This document shows positions 21,360 through 28,949 of a DNA stretch of 64,000 bases, piece by piece. The notes beneath the pieces are model-generated. The model had not been told where the DNA came from, did not search any database, and worked only from the letters and a program-made list of their open reading frames with translations. The position numbers were made by a program, and so were the translations under genes. Source of the DNA: Hyphomicrobiaceae bacterium (GTDB lineage: Bacteria; Pseudomonadota; Alphaproteobacteria; Rhizobiales; Hyphomicrobiaceae); contig JANMNO010000016.1 of the NCBI GenBank assembly GCA_031374115.1, positions 14,999-78,998 on the forward strand, written 5' to 3'. The first letter of the stretch is position 1. Every line of letters begins with the position of its first letter.

Positions 21360-22280
21360 TCAACCCTTCGCGGTGGCGGCGACTTCAGCGGCGAAGTCTT
21401 CTACCTTTTTCTCGATGCCCTCACCCAATGCGTAGCGCACGAAGGCTGCGATCGTGATCGGCGCGCCAGCGGTCTTCTCGAACTCCTTTGCGGCCTGCGC
21501 GACCGACTTCGTATCGTCAAGGACGAAGGCTTGGTCGAGTAGGCAATTTTCCTTGGCGTAGGTCTTCAAGCCGCTTTCGGCGATCTTTTCCAGAACGTGC
21601 GCCGGCTTGCCCTGGTTCTTGTCGAGCAGGATCGCCTTTTCGCGCGCCAGGATGTCTGCCGGCACGCCGGAAATGTCGAGGGCGACCGGATTGCGCGCGG
21701 CAATGTGCATCGCCACCTGACGGCCGAACGCCGACAACGACGGGGCATCGCCCTTGCTCTCGATGCCAACCAGCACACCGATCTTGCCAAGGCCGTCGGC
21801 AACCTTGTTGTGAACGTAGTCAGCGACCACGCCTGCCTTGACTGCCACGGTTGCGGTGCGGCGCAAATTCATGTTCTCACCGATGGTCGCAATGGTTTCC
21901 GTGACGACGGCTTCGACGTCGACGGACTTGCCGGGATAAGGCATCTTCAAAAGCTTCTCCACGTCGCCGCCGGCCTGAGGCGCCAATTGCGTGATGGTCG
22001 ACACCATCTCTTGGAACTGCACGTTGCGGGCGACGAAATCCGTCTCGGAATTCACTTCGACGACCGCGCCCTTGTGACCGCTGGCCATAATGCCGACGAG
22101 GCCCTCGGCGGCGATCCGGTCGGACTTCTTGGCGGCCTTCGAAAGACCCTTCTTGCGCAGCCAGTCGACGGCCTGCTCGATATCGCCCTTGGTCTCGATC
22201 AGCGCCTGCTTGCAGTCCATCATGCCGACGCCGGTCTTGTCCCGGAGCTCCTTCACCAGCGTGGCGGAAATATTTGTCAT
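21360..22280 (-). CDS. tsf: translation elongation factor Ts
   Basis: Start trimmed to the ATG at 22280 ([27 protein letters not shown], canonical EF-Ts N-terminus). Lies directly downstream of rpsB. Confidence 0.95.
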   Translation of the reverse strand: MTNISATLVKELRDKTGVGMMDCKQALIETKGDIEQAVDWLRKKGLSKAAKKSDRIAAEGLVGIMASGHKGAVVEVNSETDFVARNVQFQEMVSTITQLAPQAGGDVEKLLKMPYPGKSVDVEAVVTETIATIGENMNLRRTATVAVKAGVVADYVHNKVADGLGKIGVLVGIESKGDAPSLSAFGRQVAMHIAARNPVALDISGVPADILAREKAILLDKNQGKPAHVLEKIAESGLKTYAKENCLLDQAFVLDDTKSVAQAAKEFEKTAGAPITIAAFVRYALGEGIEKKVEDFAAEVAATAKG

Positions 22281-22411
22281 TGGATCCTCTTTATGGCTGT
22301 GCGCCCGGTAGGTGGAGCGGCCCTGAACGGTCACGGACGCGCCCCAGTAATCAGGGCGCGCCCGCACGTGTGATTGGCACTTAAATGGGGGCGCACAGTC
22401 GCGCCCGCAAA

Positions 22412-23404
22412 TCAAACAGCGGCGGCAGCAACCAACTTCTTGGCTTGACCCACCCAGTCGTCTTTGGCGATCTGGCCTTTCAAGCGCAATTGCTTGTCGA
22501 GCATCCCTAAACCGTCAGCATCGCTATCGGCGATCTGCCAGAAGTGGAAGACGCCAGCATCGTTGAGGCGCTGCTCGATCTTCTCGGTAACGCCGGTGAT
22601 GCGCTTGAGATCGTCGGCTTCGCCGCGAGCGGCTTCGATGCCCTTGAACACCCCCTTGACCGGAACAGCTTCGGGGGTCGGGTTCTCCATCGCGCCGATG
22701 TCGACGCCGGAACCGGCTTGGCTGCGCTGAATGCCATCGATGGCAGCACGAGCGACCAGATCGCAGTACAGAGTGATCGCGCGGCCAGCGTCGTCGTTAC
22801 CTGGGATCGGGAAATCAATGCCATCGGGATTGCAGTTGGTATCGATGACGGCGACGATTGGGATGCCAAGCTTGCGAGCTTCGGCAATCGCAATCTGCTC
22901 CTTGTTGGTATCGATAACGAACAGCAGATCGGGCGTGCCGCCCATTTCCTTGATGCCACCGAGCGCCTGATTGAGCTTCTCACGCTCACGCGTCAGGGTC
23001 AGCACCTCCTTCTTGGTGCGGCCTTGCGGGTCGGCCAGGATATCATCGAGCTGACGCAGACGGCGGATCGAGGCGGAGATTGTTTTCCAGTTGGTCAGTG
23101 TGCCGCCAAGCCAACGATGGTTGATATAATACTGGGCCGAACGCTTGGCAGCCTCGGCGATCGAGTCCGAGGCCTGGCGCTTGGTGCCGACATACAAAAC
23201 GCGGCCACCGGCGGCGACCGTATCGGCGATCTTGACGAGTGCCTGATGCAGCAAAGGTGTCGTCTGCGTCAGATCGACGATGTGGATGTTGTTGCGCGCG
23301 CCGTAGATATACGACGCCATCTTGGGGTTCCAGCGATGCGACTGGTGACCGAAGTGCACGCCAGCTTCGAGCAGCTGACGCATATTGAAGGCGGGAAGCG
23401 CCAT
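22412..23404 (-). CDS. rpsB: 30S ribosomal protein S2, with a ~85-aa C-terminal extension
   Basis: [29 protein letters not shown]... is the canonical S2 N-terminus. At 330 aa it is longer than the enterobacterial S2 I remember (about 240 aa). Confidence 0.95.
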   Translation of the reverse strand: MALPAFNMRQLLEAGVHFGHQSHRWNPKMASYIYGARNNIHIVDLTQTTPLLHQALVKIADTVAAGGRVLYVGTKRQASDSIAEAAKRSAQYYINHRWLGGTLTNWKTISASIRRLRQLDDILADPQGRTKKEVLTLTREREKLNQALGGIKEMGGTPDLLFVIDTNKEQIAIAEARKLGIPIVAVIDTNCNPDGIDFPIPGNDDAGRAITLYCDLVARAAIDGIQRSQAGSGVDIGAMENPTPEAVPVKGVFKGIEAARGEADDLKRITGVTEKIEQRLNDAGVFHFWQIADSDADGLGMLDKQLRLKGQIAKDDWVGQAKKLVAAAAV

Positions 23405-23722
23405 GGGTTACGTGTCCTTTTCCGGTTGAACCTCCGCGGATCGAAATAGGCCATCATTCGGGGGATCCGAAGGTGGCCCACCGGAGCGTCGGGAGCGGCG
23501 ATATGGTCCGCCCCAACGCGTAGATCCGCGTGTGGAGTAGCCGGGTGATACACGCCAACAACAATGTTGGCAAGGATGAACGGCCCGGATTACGAAACGC
23601 GGGCGATCAGGTTGCATCATCACCAGAACCCAGGCTGTTTAGATGGTTTTCGCATTTTTTGATTCAGGCGTTGGAATAAAGCGGGATCGCCCGCGTTTTC
23701 CTCTCAAGCGCGACGCTGTGCA

Positions 23723-23739
23723 CCTGGTCCCCGCCTTGG
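23723..23739. repeat. 17-nt perfect direct repeat, copy 1 (CCTGGTCCCCGCCTTGG)
   Basis: Read directly. An identical 17-mer lies at 23877-23893. Downstream blocks GAGGCGT (23773-79 / 23939-45) and ATGGGTCGAGC (23785-95 / 23952-62) are also shared. Confidence 0.9.
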
Positions 23740-23786
23740 TTCCCAGCGCCGCCTAGCGTCTCGATTAAACCCGAGGCGTCAGGAAT

Positions 23787-23816
23787 GGGTCGAGCCGAAA
23801 GGTTCGGCCCATTTTT
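23787..23816 (+). terminator. Rho-independent terminator with no upstream protein gene on this strand
   Basis: GGGTCGAGCC-GAAA-GGTTCGGCCC forms 10 bp (including one G-U) with a GNRA loop, followed by ATTTTT. Confidence 0.6.
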
Positions 23817-23876
23817 CGTTACAACAGGGAATAGATTACCTCTCCCGCCGTTGTTCAATCGAGTGTGCCTTCGGTT

Positions 23877-23893
23877 CCTGGTCCCCGCCTTGG
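23877..23893. repeat. 17-nt perfect direct repeat, copy 2
   Basis: Identical to 23723-23739, at an offset of +154 nt. Confidence 0.9.
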
Positions 23894-24020
23894 ATCCGAT
23901 CGTGCACCACGTCTCGACGTTGACTGCGTATCGTCATTGAGGCGTGACTAGATGGGTCGAGCTTCACCGCTCGCCTCATCTAGCTTCCGACCTGCTTAAA
24001 TCCTGCGTATCGGAGTGATA

Positions 24021-24104
24021 ATGCTGATCATCCTCGCCTATGGACTAGGAACTGTGTTGATCGCTGGCGCTTTACTGTTCGTCGCCAAGGCTTTCGAGGA
24101 TTGA
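24021..24104 (+). CDS. 27-codon hydrophobic small ORF (MLIILAYGLGTVLIAGALLFVAKAFED)
   Basis: ATG at 24021, preceded by GGAG (24012-24015) with a 5-nt spacer. One predicted TM helix with a charged C-terminus. Below the 60-aa cutoff of the ORF track. Confidence 0.35.
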   Translation: MLIILAYGLGTVLIAGALLFVAKAFED

Positions 24105-24212
24105 CGTGCTGGCGCAGTAGTTCGCTTATCCGGCCGATTTTGTTTCGTCAGGCCCGCGATCACTCGAGAAGTGTAGCATCGGGAAACCGCCTGCCGTATT
24201 TTCGCCACGGCT

Positions 24213-24238
24213 GGGAATAAACCCCAAAGCCGCCCGTT
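24213..24238 (+). promoter_or_regulatory. ECF-type promoter-like motif GGAAT-N16-CGTT upstream of the ECF sigma gene
   Basis: GGAAT at 24214-24218 and CGTT at 24235-24238 (16-nt spacer), about 30 nt upstream of the GTG start. A GGGGAGG RBS lies between them and the start. Confidence 0.35.
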
Positions 24239-24267
24239 GTCTAAGCGGCTGGCGGGGAGGCCAAGAA

Positions 24268-24798
24268 GTGAGCGACGAATTTCAGAGGCGGATCGTAGAG
24301 ATGCTGCCCAAATTGCGGCGGTTCGCCTATTCCCTGACCGGCGATTTGGATCGTGCCGACGACTTGGTGCAGGAAACCTGCGTTCGCGCTTTAGCAGCTA
24401 AGGGACAGTGGCAAGTCGGAACGAGATTGGACAGTTGGATGTATCGTATTGCGCAAAACTCCTGGTTCGATCAAATGCGCGCCCGAAAAGTTCGCGGCGA
24501 AGTCGTCGATATCGAGGCTGCTGCCGAACTTGCTGGCTCCGATGGCCGCGACGTCATCGAACACAGACAAACCTTGTCGGTGGTCAGCAGCAAGTTGTCC
24601 GAGTTGCCGCGCGATCAACAATTGCTCGTCGGGCTCGTTTGCCTTGATGGCCTTTCCTACAAAGAAGCAGCCGCCGCTCTCGACTTGCCGATCGGCACAG
24701 TGATGAGCCGGCTCGCACGCGCCAGAGCCGCCTTAGCGCAAGCATTGCACTCCGATATTCAACAAGTTTCAGAACTTTGCATAGGGAAGCGTTCATGA
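24268..24798 (+). CDS. ECF (group IV) RNA polymerase sigma-70 factor
   Basis: GTG start. Region 2 (DDLVQETCVRAL...SWMYRIAQNSWFDQMR) and region 4 (LSYKEAAAALDLPIGTVMSRLARAR). Confidence 0.9.
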   Translation: MSDEFQRRIVEMLPKLRRFAYSLTGDLDRADDLVQETCVRALAAKGQWQVGTRLDSWMYRIAQNSWFDQMRARKVRGEVVDIEAAAELAGSDGRDVIEHRQTLSVVSSKLSELPRDQQLLVGLVCLDGLSYKEAAAALDLPIGTVMSRLARARAALAQALHSDIQQVSELCIGKRS

Positions 24799-25619
24799 GC
24801 GACATTACCGATGAATTGCTCATGGCTTACGCCGATGGTGAACTCGACAGCGCCGAGCAGCGGCGGGTTGAACACTATCTGGCTAACGACCCTGCTAGCG
24901 CTCAACGTCTTGAGATGTTTACCCAAACCGGACGCGATCTTGGCCGCTTGTTCGACCAACCGATGCGAGAGGCCATCCCCGAGCGGCTGCTGCAGACGGT
25001 AATGGGGCCGAGCAGTTCGTCGCCCGCGGCAAAGATGAAACTGATGCAACGTCGACCGCGGTTTCTAACCGCGCTGACCGAGGCGTTTTTCCCTTCTCAC
25101 GCCGGATGGCAAACTGCGGTCGCTACGGCTGCATTATTGATTGTAGGGGCGGCGGCTGGATGGACTTTGAATAACACCCAGGCAAATGGATCAGGCCCAT
25201 CGCTGGCGTCGCTGGCCGATGGCGCACTTGTCGCCAGCAAAGAACTCGGCCGGGTACTGGATGGTGCGCCGAGTGGGATTGCGGTGGGCCTTGGCCAACA
25301 GTCGGTAAACTTTGCTGTCAAGCCCCTGCTCAGTTTTCAGAGTATCTCCGGAGGTTATTGCCGCCAGTACGAATTATCCAATGCGAGCGGATCGCGTTTT
25401 TCAGGAGTCGGCTGCCGCATGGAAAATGGCCAATGGAGAATTGAAGTTCACTCGCAAGTCGCTGCCGCGCCCGATGCAACGCAACGTGGCATCACACCAG
25501 CCAGTGGCCGATCATCACCGGTGGTCGAAAGTGCGATCGATCGAATGATTAAAGGTGACGCGCTTGGTAGCGTGGCGGAACGTTCGCTGATCGATAACAA
25601 GTGGCAAGCTTCACCGTGA
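24795..25619 (+). CDS. anti-sigma factor: N-terminal anti-sigma domain, one TM segment, periplasmic Cys-containing domain
   Basis: The ATG at 24795 overlaps the sigma stop (ATGA). LLMAYADGELDSAEQRRVEHYLANDPASAQRL is a typical anti-sigma N-domain without the zinc Cys ligands. TM segment AVATAALLIVGAAAGW. C-terminal GGYCRQYEL...GVGCRMENGQW. Confidence 0.7.
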   Translation: MSDITDELLMAYADGELDSAEQRRVEHYLANDPASAQRLEMFTQTGRDLGRLFDQPMREAIPERLLQTVMGPSSSSPAAKMKLMQRRPRFLTALTEAFFPSHAGWQTAVATAALLIVGAAAGWTLNNTQANGSGPSLASLADGALVASKELGRVLDGAPSGIAVGLGQQSVNFAVKPLLSFQSISGGYCRQYELSNASGSRFSGVGCRMENGQWRIEVHSQVAAAPDATQRGITPASGRSSPVVESAIDRMIKGDALGSVAERSLIDNKWQASP

Positions 25620-25848
25620 CCTGTCTCAATCAACAAAAGTGCTTCGCGTTGTTCGTAATGCTTCAGAATTGATCCGCTGCGCGCTCCGCCCACAAAAGCT
25701 GCGGCAGTTCGATAAACGACAAAGTTTCCGCCGCAATCCGCCGGCTCCGCGCAAACGGAGCCGGTTGCAGTAACCCGAAGGACGAGAATAGCCCTCTGTA
25801 TCGTCCTGACCGGTAGTGGCCTAAAACCCGCCTTGTCGCCCTGTCCCG

Positions 25849-25882
25849 CCGCCCCGCGGGGCTGGATGCGGGGCGGGTTTTT
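25849..25882. terminator. bidirectional GC-rich terminator between the convergent anti-sigma and subtilase genes
   Basis: CCGCCCCGC (25849-57) pairs with GCGGGGCGG (25868-76), followed by TTTTT. An outer AAAACCCGCC/GGCGGGTTTT pairing would serve the minus strand. Confidence 0.6.
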
Positions 25883-25961
25883 GGTGTTTGGCCTAGCTTG
25901 CCGACACTGTACCCACCGCAACGTCGGCATCAAGTTGTGTCGCGACCACAAAAAGATGAGA

Positions 25962-28058
25962 TCAACGCGGCGGCTTTGCCTGCCCGATTAAACCCAGGGG
26001 CGGATCGAGCTGCGCCTTAACCGGTATTATTGTCGCAGTTGCCGGGTTCGCCGTCGCGACAATTGACGTCTCGGGAGCGCAGCTGGGCGGTGCGAGCAAA
26101 AGGCCGCGCCCATAAATCGGATCACGGCCAGGTTCGCCCAGATCGAGAACCGAGGCGCGTTTCAAGAACTCGTTTTTGTTTTTTACCGCGAGCCCTCGGT
26201 AGGCTGTCGCCAGCACCGCCGTCACATATGGCACGGCGAACGACGTCCCTGAATGATAAGTGCCGCGCCCACCGGGTAATGCCGTCCAGACATCCACGCC
26301 GGGTGCCGCCACATCGATGTGATCGCCACGGCTCGCGTATCGATAGCCCTTCATATCGCGGGATACGGCGGTGACCGCGACAACCGAGCTATATGCCGCT
26401 GGATAGCTGGGTGGAGCGTTTGGACCGTCGTTGCCGGCCGCAGCGACAAAAATGACCTTCTTACTGGATAACCCTTCAATTGCCGCCTTCAGCAGATCGT
26501 CGTGCGGTCCGGAGAGGCTCATATTTATGACGTTGACGTTGCGCTTATCAAGCCAATCGAGCGCATTTAGCAGGCTGGCAGTGTCGCTACTGGGGAGGCC
26601 ATCAGCACCGGCATAGAAGATGTCGGCCACATAGAACTTCGCATCGGGAATGAGACCAGGGGTACCGCTGTTGCCGTCACCTGCAAGCAGAGCCAGCACG
26701 CCGGTGCCGTGCCAGTCAGGCGCCTTCGCCCGATCGCTCGCAGCAGATCTGCGGGACTCGATGACTTTCGTCGTGAAAGTCGGATGAGTTGCATCGTAGC
26801 CGGTGTCGATGACGCCGATCTTCACGCCCCGGGAACACGACTGCAAGCTGGTCTGCCAATGGATGATCGATGCGCCGAAGCAGCGATCGGTGCCACAAGG
26901 CGTTGCCATTGGCAACGCCGCGCGCACAATTTCCGATTGAGATGCGGGCAACGCGCCGGTCGCTGTCCGATAGATGTGGTACGTCTGATTTACACCAAAG
27001 AGCCCGTTCGGCATGTCTTGCTTGAGCAGGTCCCGGGCTTGATCGGCACTCATGCCATCGGGAGCGATCAAGCGGGTCAGATTGAGATCGACTCGGGACA
27101 CGCGCGACGTTCCGTTGACCTGGAAGCCTAGTGCGAGCGCACGCTCGATGCTCTTCGCCGTCAAGTTGGAGGCTAGCACCTCTGGCGGACGCAGTGGAAA
27201 AGCCGGCAAACCATCGCGTCCCACAGGCCGGCCCGCGATCGGTTTTGAATCACCTTTAGCGGCCACTACCGGCGCCGCGGGAGGGGTTGCTACGGGCGCT
27301 TTAGCTGGCGCTGATTCGGCCTTAACAGGCGTTGACCCTGTCGTTAAGACTGGCTTCGATACACCGCCTTTGGGAGCATTGACGAGCGGCGCATCGGCGG
27401 GCTGAGCATTGGCAGGCAGGGCTTTAGCCGGAGGGACATTTGCCTGCGGCGTAGGTGTCTTTATCGCCGGTGCAACGATAATTGCCGGAGTTGAGACCGG
27501 CGCAGGAGCAGCAGGCTTGAAGATACCCCGAAACCATTCCGCAACGGTTTCTGGTTCCTTTTCCTCCTCGACGATGTCGACTTTAGGTTTGACCTTTTCT
27601 GCTTTCGCCTTATCGGCGGCTGACTGCGATTTTGTATCGGCTGCACTGCCGGCTTTGGCCTGATCGTTCGAAGCACTGTCATCTTTGCTGGTATTGGAAT
27701 TAGTCGAACTTTGACGGTCCTTTGAATTATCTTCGGCTTGCTCACGCCTTGTTTGTTCGCGTTCCTGCTTTGCCTGTTCGCGTTCCTGCCTCGCCTGATC
27801 GCGTTCCTGCTTGGCCCGTTCCCGCGCTTGCCGTTCGCGCTCACGTTCTTGCCGCTCGCGTTCGCGTTCCTGGCGATCTTGTTCACGCTCCTGCTGTTGC
27901 CGGACTATTTCCCGCGCGCGCTCGTTCGCCCGGCGCATCGCATCGCTTTCGCGCGCATCGGTGTGTAATCCCGCAACACCGCATAACGCTGTGAACCAAA
28001 GCGCGGTAAACGCGATCAATTGTTTTCGAAATCGCCCGCGCCCCATCGGGAACCCCAC
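25962..28058 (-). CDS. S8 subtilisin-family serine protease with signal/anchor, E/R/K/Q heptad-repeat stalk and long P/A-rich linker
   Basis: 698-aa ORF. Asp (IGVIDTGYD), His (HGTGVLALLAG) and Ser (SGTSFAVPYV) triad lie in the C-terminal ~300 aa. N-terminal hydrophobic segment IAFTALWFTALCGVAG. Residues ~41-108 are almost only E/R/Q/K/A/D. Confidence 0.85.
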   Translation of the reverse strand: MGFPMGRGRFRKQLIAFTALWFTALCGVAGLHTDARESDAMRRANERAREIVRQQQEREQDRQERERERQERERERQARERAKQERDQARQEREQAKQEREQTRREQAEDNSKDRQSSTNSNTSKDDSASNDQAKAGSAADTKSQSAADKAKAEKVKPKVDIVEEEKEPETVAEWFRGIFKPAAPAPVSTPAIIVAPAIKTPTPQANVPPAKALPANAQPADAPLVNAPKGGVSKPVLTTGSTPVKAESAPAKAPVATPPAAPVVAAKGDSKPIAGRPVGRDGLPAFPLRPPEVLASNLTAKSIERALALGFQVNGTSRVSRVDLNLTRLIAPDGMSADQARDLLKQDMPNGLFGVNQTYHIYRTATGALPASQSEIVRAALPMATPCGTDRCFGASIIHWQTSLQSCSRGVKIGVIDTGYDATHPTFTTKVIESRRSAASDRAKAPDWHGTGVLALLAGDGNSGTPGLIPDAKFYVADIFYAGADGLPSSDTASLLNALDWLDKRNVNVINMSLSGPHDDLLKAAIEGLSSKKVIFVAAAGNDGPNAPPSYPAAYSSVVAVTAVSRDMKGYRYASRGDHIDVAAPGVDVWTALPGGRGTYHSGTSFAVPYVTAVLATAYRGLAVKNKNEFLKRASVLDLGEPGRDPIYGRGLLLAPPSCAPETSIVATANPATATIIPVKAQLDPPLGLIGQAKPPR

Positions 28059-28305
28059 CGTTCCAATAGTACTTATCGCCCGATCTAATGAGATCGAAGC
28101 TCAGACAAGTACCGGTCCCGCATCCGGTAATTGAACTGCATTAACTGTAGCGCGCTATAAATCTTTTGTGAAGAAGAAGTACAACACAGTTTAACTATAA
28201 AGCATCGGCTTTCTAGATATATCAAATTGGTGACAACCTGCACGGGTATCGCGCCGTAACATTTATTCTGTCTGCAGAACCGCATCGAGCCCTAAATTAG
28301 CCAGC

Positions 28306-28941
28306 TCACGCCGGCAGTTGCCACGTCGCAGTGGTTTTAAATAGGCGGCGGGCGTTGGCTTGAGTGATAGCGATGGGATCGCCCGGTTTGAACAAGCTCG
28401 AGCCGAGGCCAAAACCGGTCGCGCCCGCTATCGCATACCTTTTCATATTTTGCTCATCGATACCGCCGACCGGAAAGAGGCGCGTGCCACGCGGCAGGAC
28501 CGCCAACCAGGCCTTTATCGCTGCCGGAGAAATCATTTCGGCTGGGAACGCCTTGAGTGCATCAGCACCGGCGCCAAGAGCGGCGAAAGCCTCCGTCGGC
28601 GTAGCGACCCCTGGCACGCAATGTAACCCCGCCGCCTTGGTCAGGCCGATCAACGCCAGATCGCAATGCGGCGTCACGATGAGCCTACCGCCGGCCGAGT
28701 TCACACCCGCAATATCGTCACCGGTCATCACCGTACCCGCCCCGATCAGTGCATGATCGCCAAACGACTTGGAAAGAAGCGCAATCGATTCGAACGGATT
28801 CGGCGAGTTCAAAGGCACTTCGATCAGTGTGAAACCAGCTTCGATCAAAACCGCGCCAACACGCTCTGCCTCCTGCGGCGTCAGTCCCCTTAGGATAGCA
28901 ATCAGAGGGCATCGCGAAAGGGCGGTTTCAAAATCGAGCAT
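28306..28941 (-). CDS. dgoA: 2-dehydro-3-deoxy-6-phosphogalactonate aldolase
   Basis: 211-aa ORF with PLIAILRG...IEVPLNSP...GAGTV and FKAFPA / FPVGGI blocks of the DgoA/Eda family. Confidence 0.8.
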   Translation of the reverse strand: MLDFETALSRCPLIAILRGLTPQEAERVGAVLIEAGFTLIEVPLNSPNPFESIALLSKSFGDHALIGAGTVMTGDDIAGVNSAGGRLIVTPHCDLALIGLTKAAGLHCVPGVATPTEAFAALGAGADALKAFPAEMISPAAIKAWLAVLPRGTRLFPVGGIDEQNMKRYAIAGATGFGLGSSLFKPGDPIAITQANARRLFKTTATWQLPA

Positions 28942-28949
28942 TGGTCACT

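Larger units (their letters stand above)
23700..23816 (+). ncRNA. candidate small RNA (5' end undefined) ending at a strong intrinsic terminator
   Basis: There is no credible ORF. The segment contains copy 1 of the duplicated module and ends in the hairpin plus T-run at 23787-23816. The 5' end is a guess. Confidence 0.3.

Noticed and set aside
21597-23449. Two long plus-strand ORFs (258 aa and 301 aa) opposite tsf and rpsB
   Set aside because: They are mirror-frame artefacts of highly expressed GC-rich genes, and the sense-strand genes are certain.
23720-23750. Possible SRP (4.5S) RNA because of CCTGGTC..GCC..TTGG-like strings
   Set aside because: The conserved GGAAG / AGCAGCC domain-IV core and the long closing helix are not present on either strand, and the motif occurs twice, which SRP RNA would not.
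23664-23858. 64-aa minus-strand ORF in the rpsB-ECF intergenic region
   Set aside because: It starts with TTG and has no RBS. It reads straight through the terminator hairpin and the 17-mer repeat, and its translation is Gly/Asn/Pro-rich with no features. The RNA-level explanation fits better.
25700-25775. tmRNA coding-piece look-alike (..AACGACAAA.. resembling an ANDN tag start)
   Set aside because: No frame gives a tag ending in the usual hydrophobic Ala-Ala stop context. No tRNA-like acceptor/T-arm piece or pseudoknot series is nearby.
27735-27938. Periodic 21-nt DNA repeats considered as a CRISPR-like or minisatellite array
   Set aside because: The repeats are contiguous, with no spacers, and lie within a long intact ORF. 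The period is a multiple of three encoding a heptad protein repeat, so this is not a CRISPR array.
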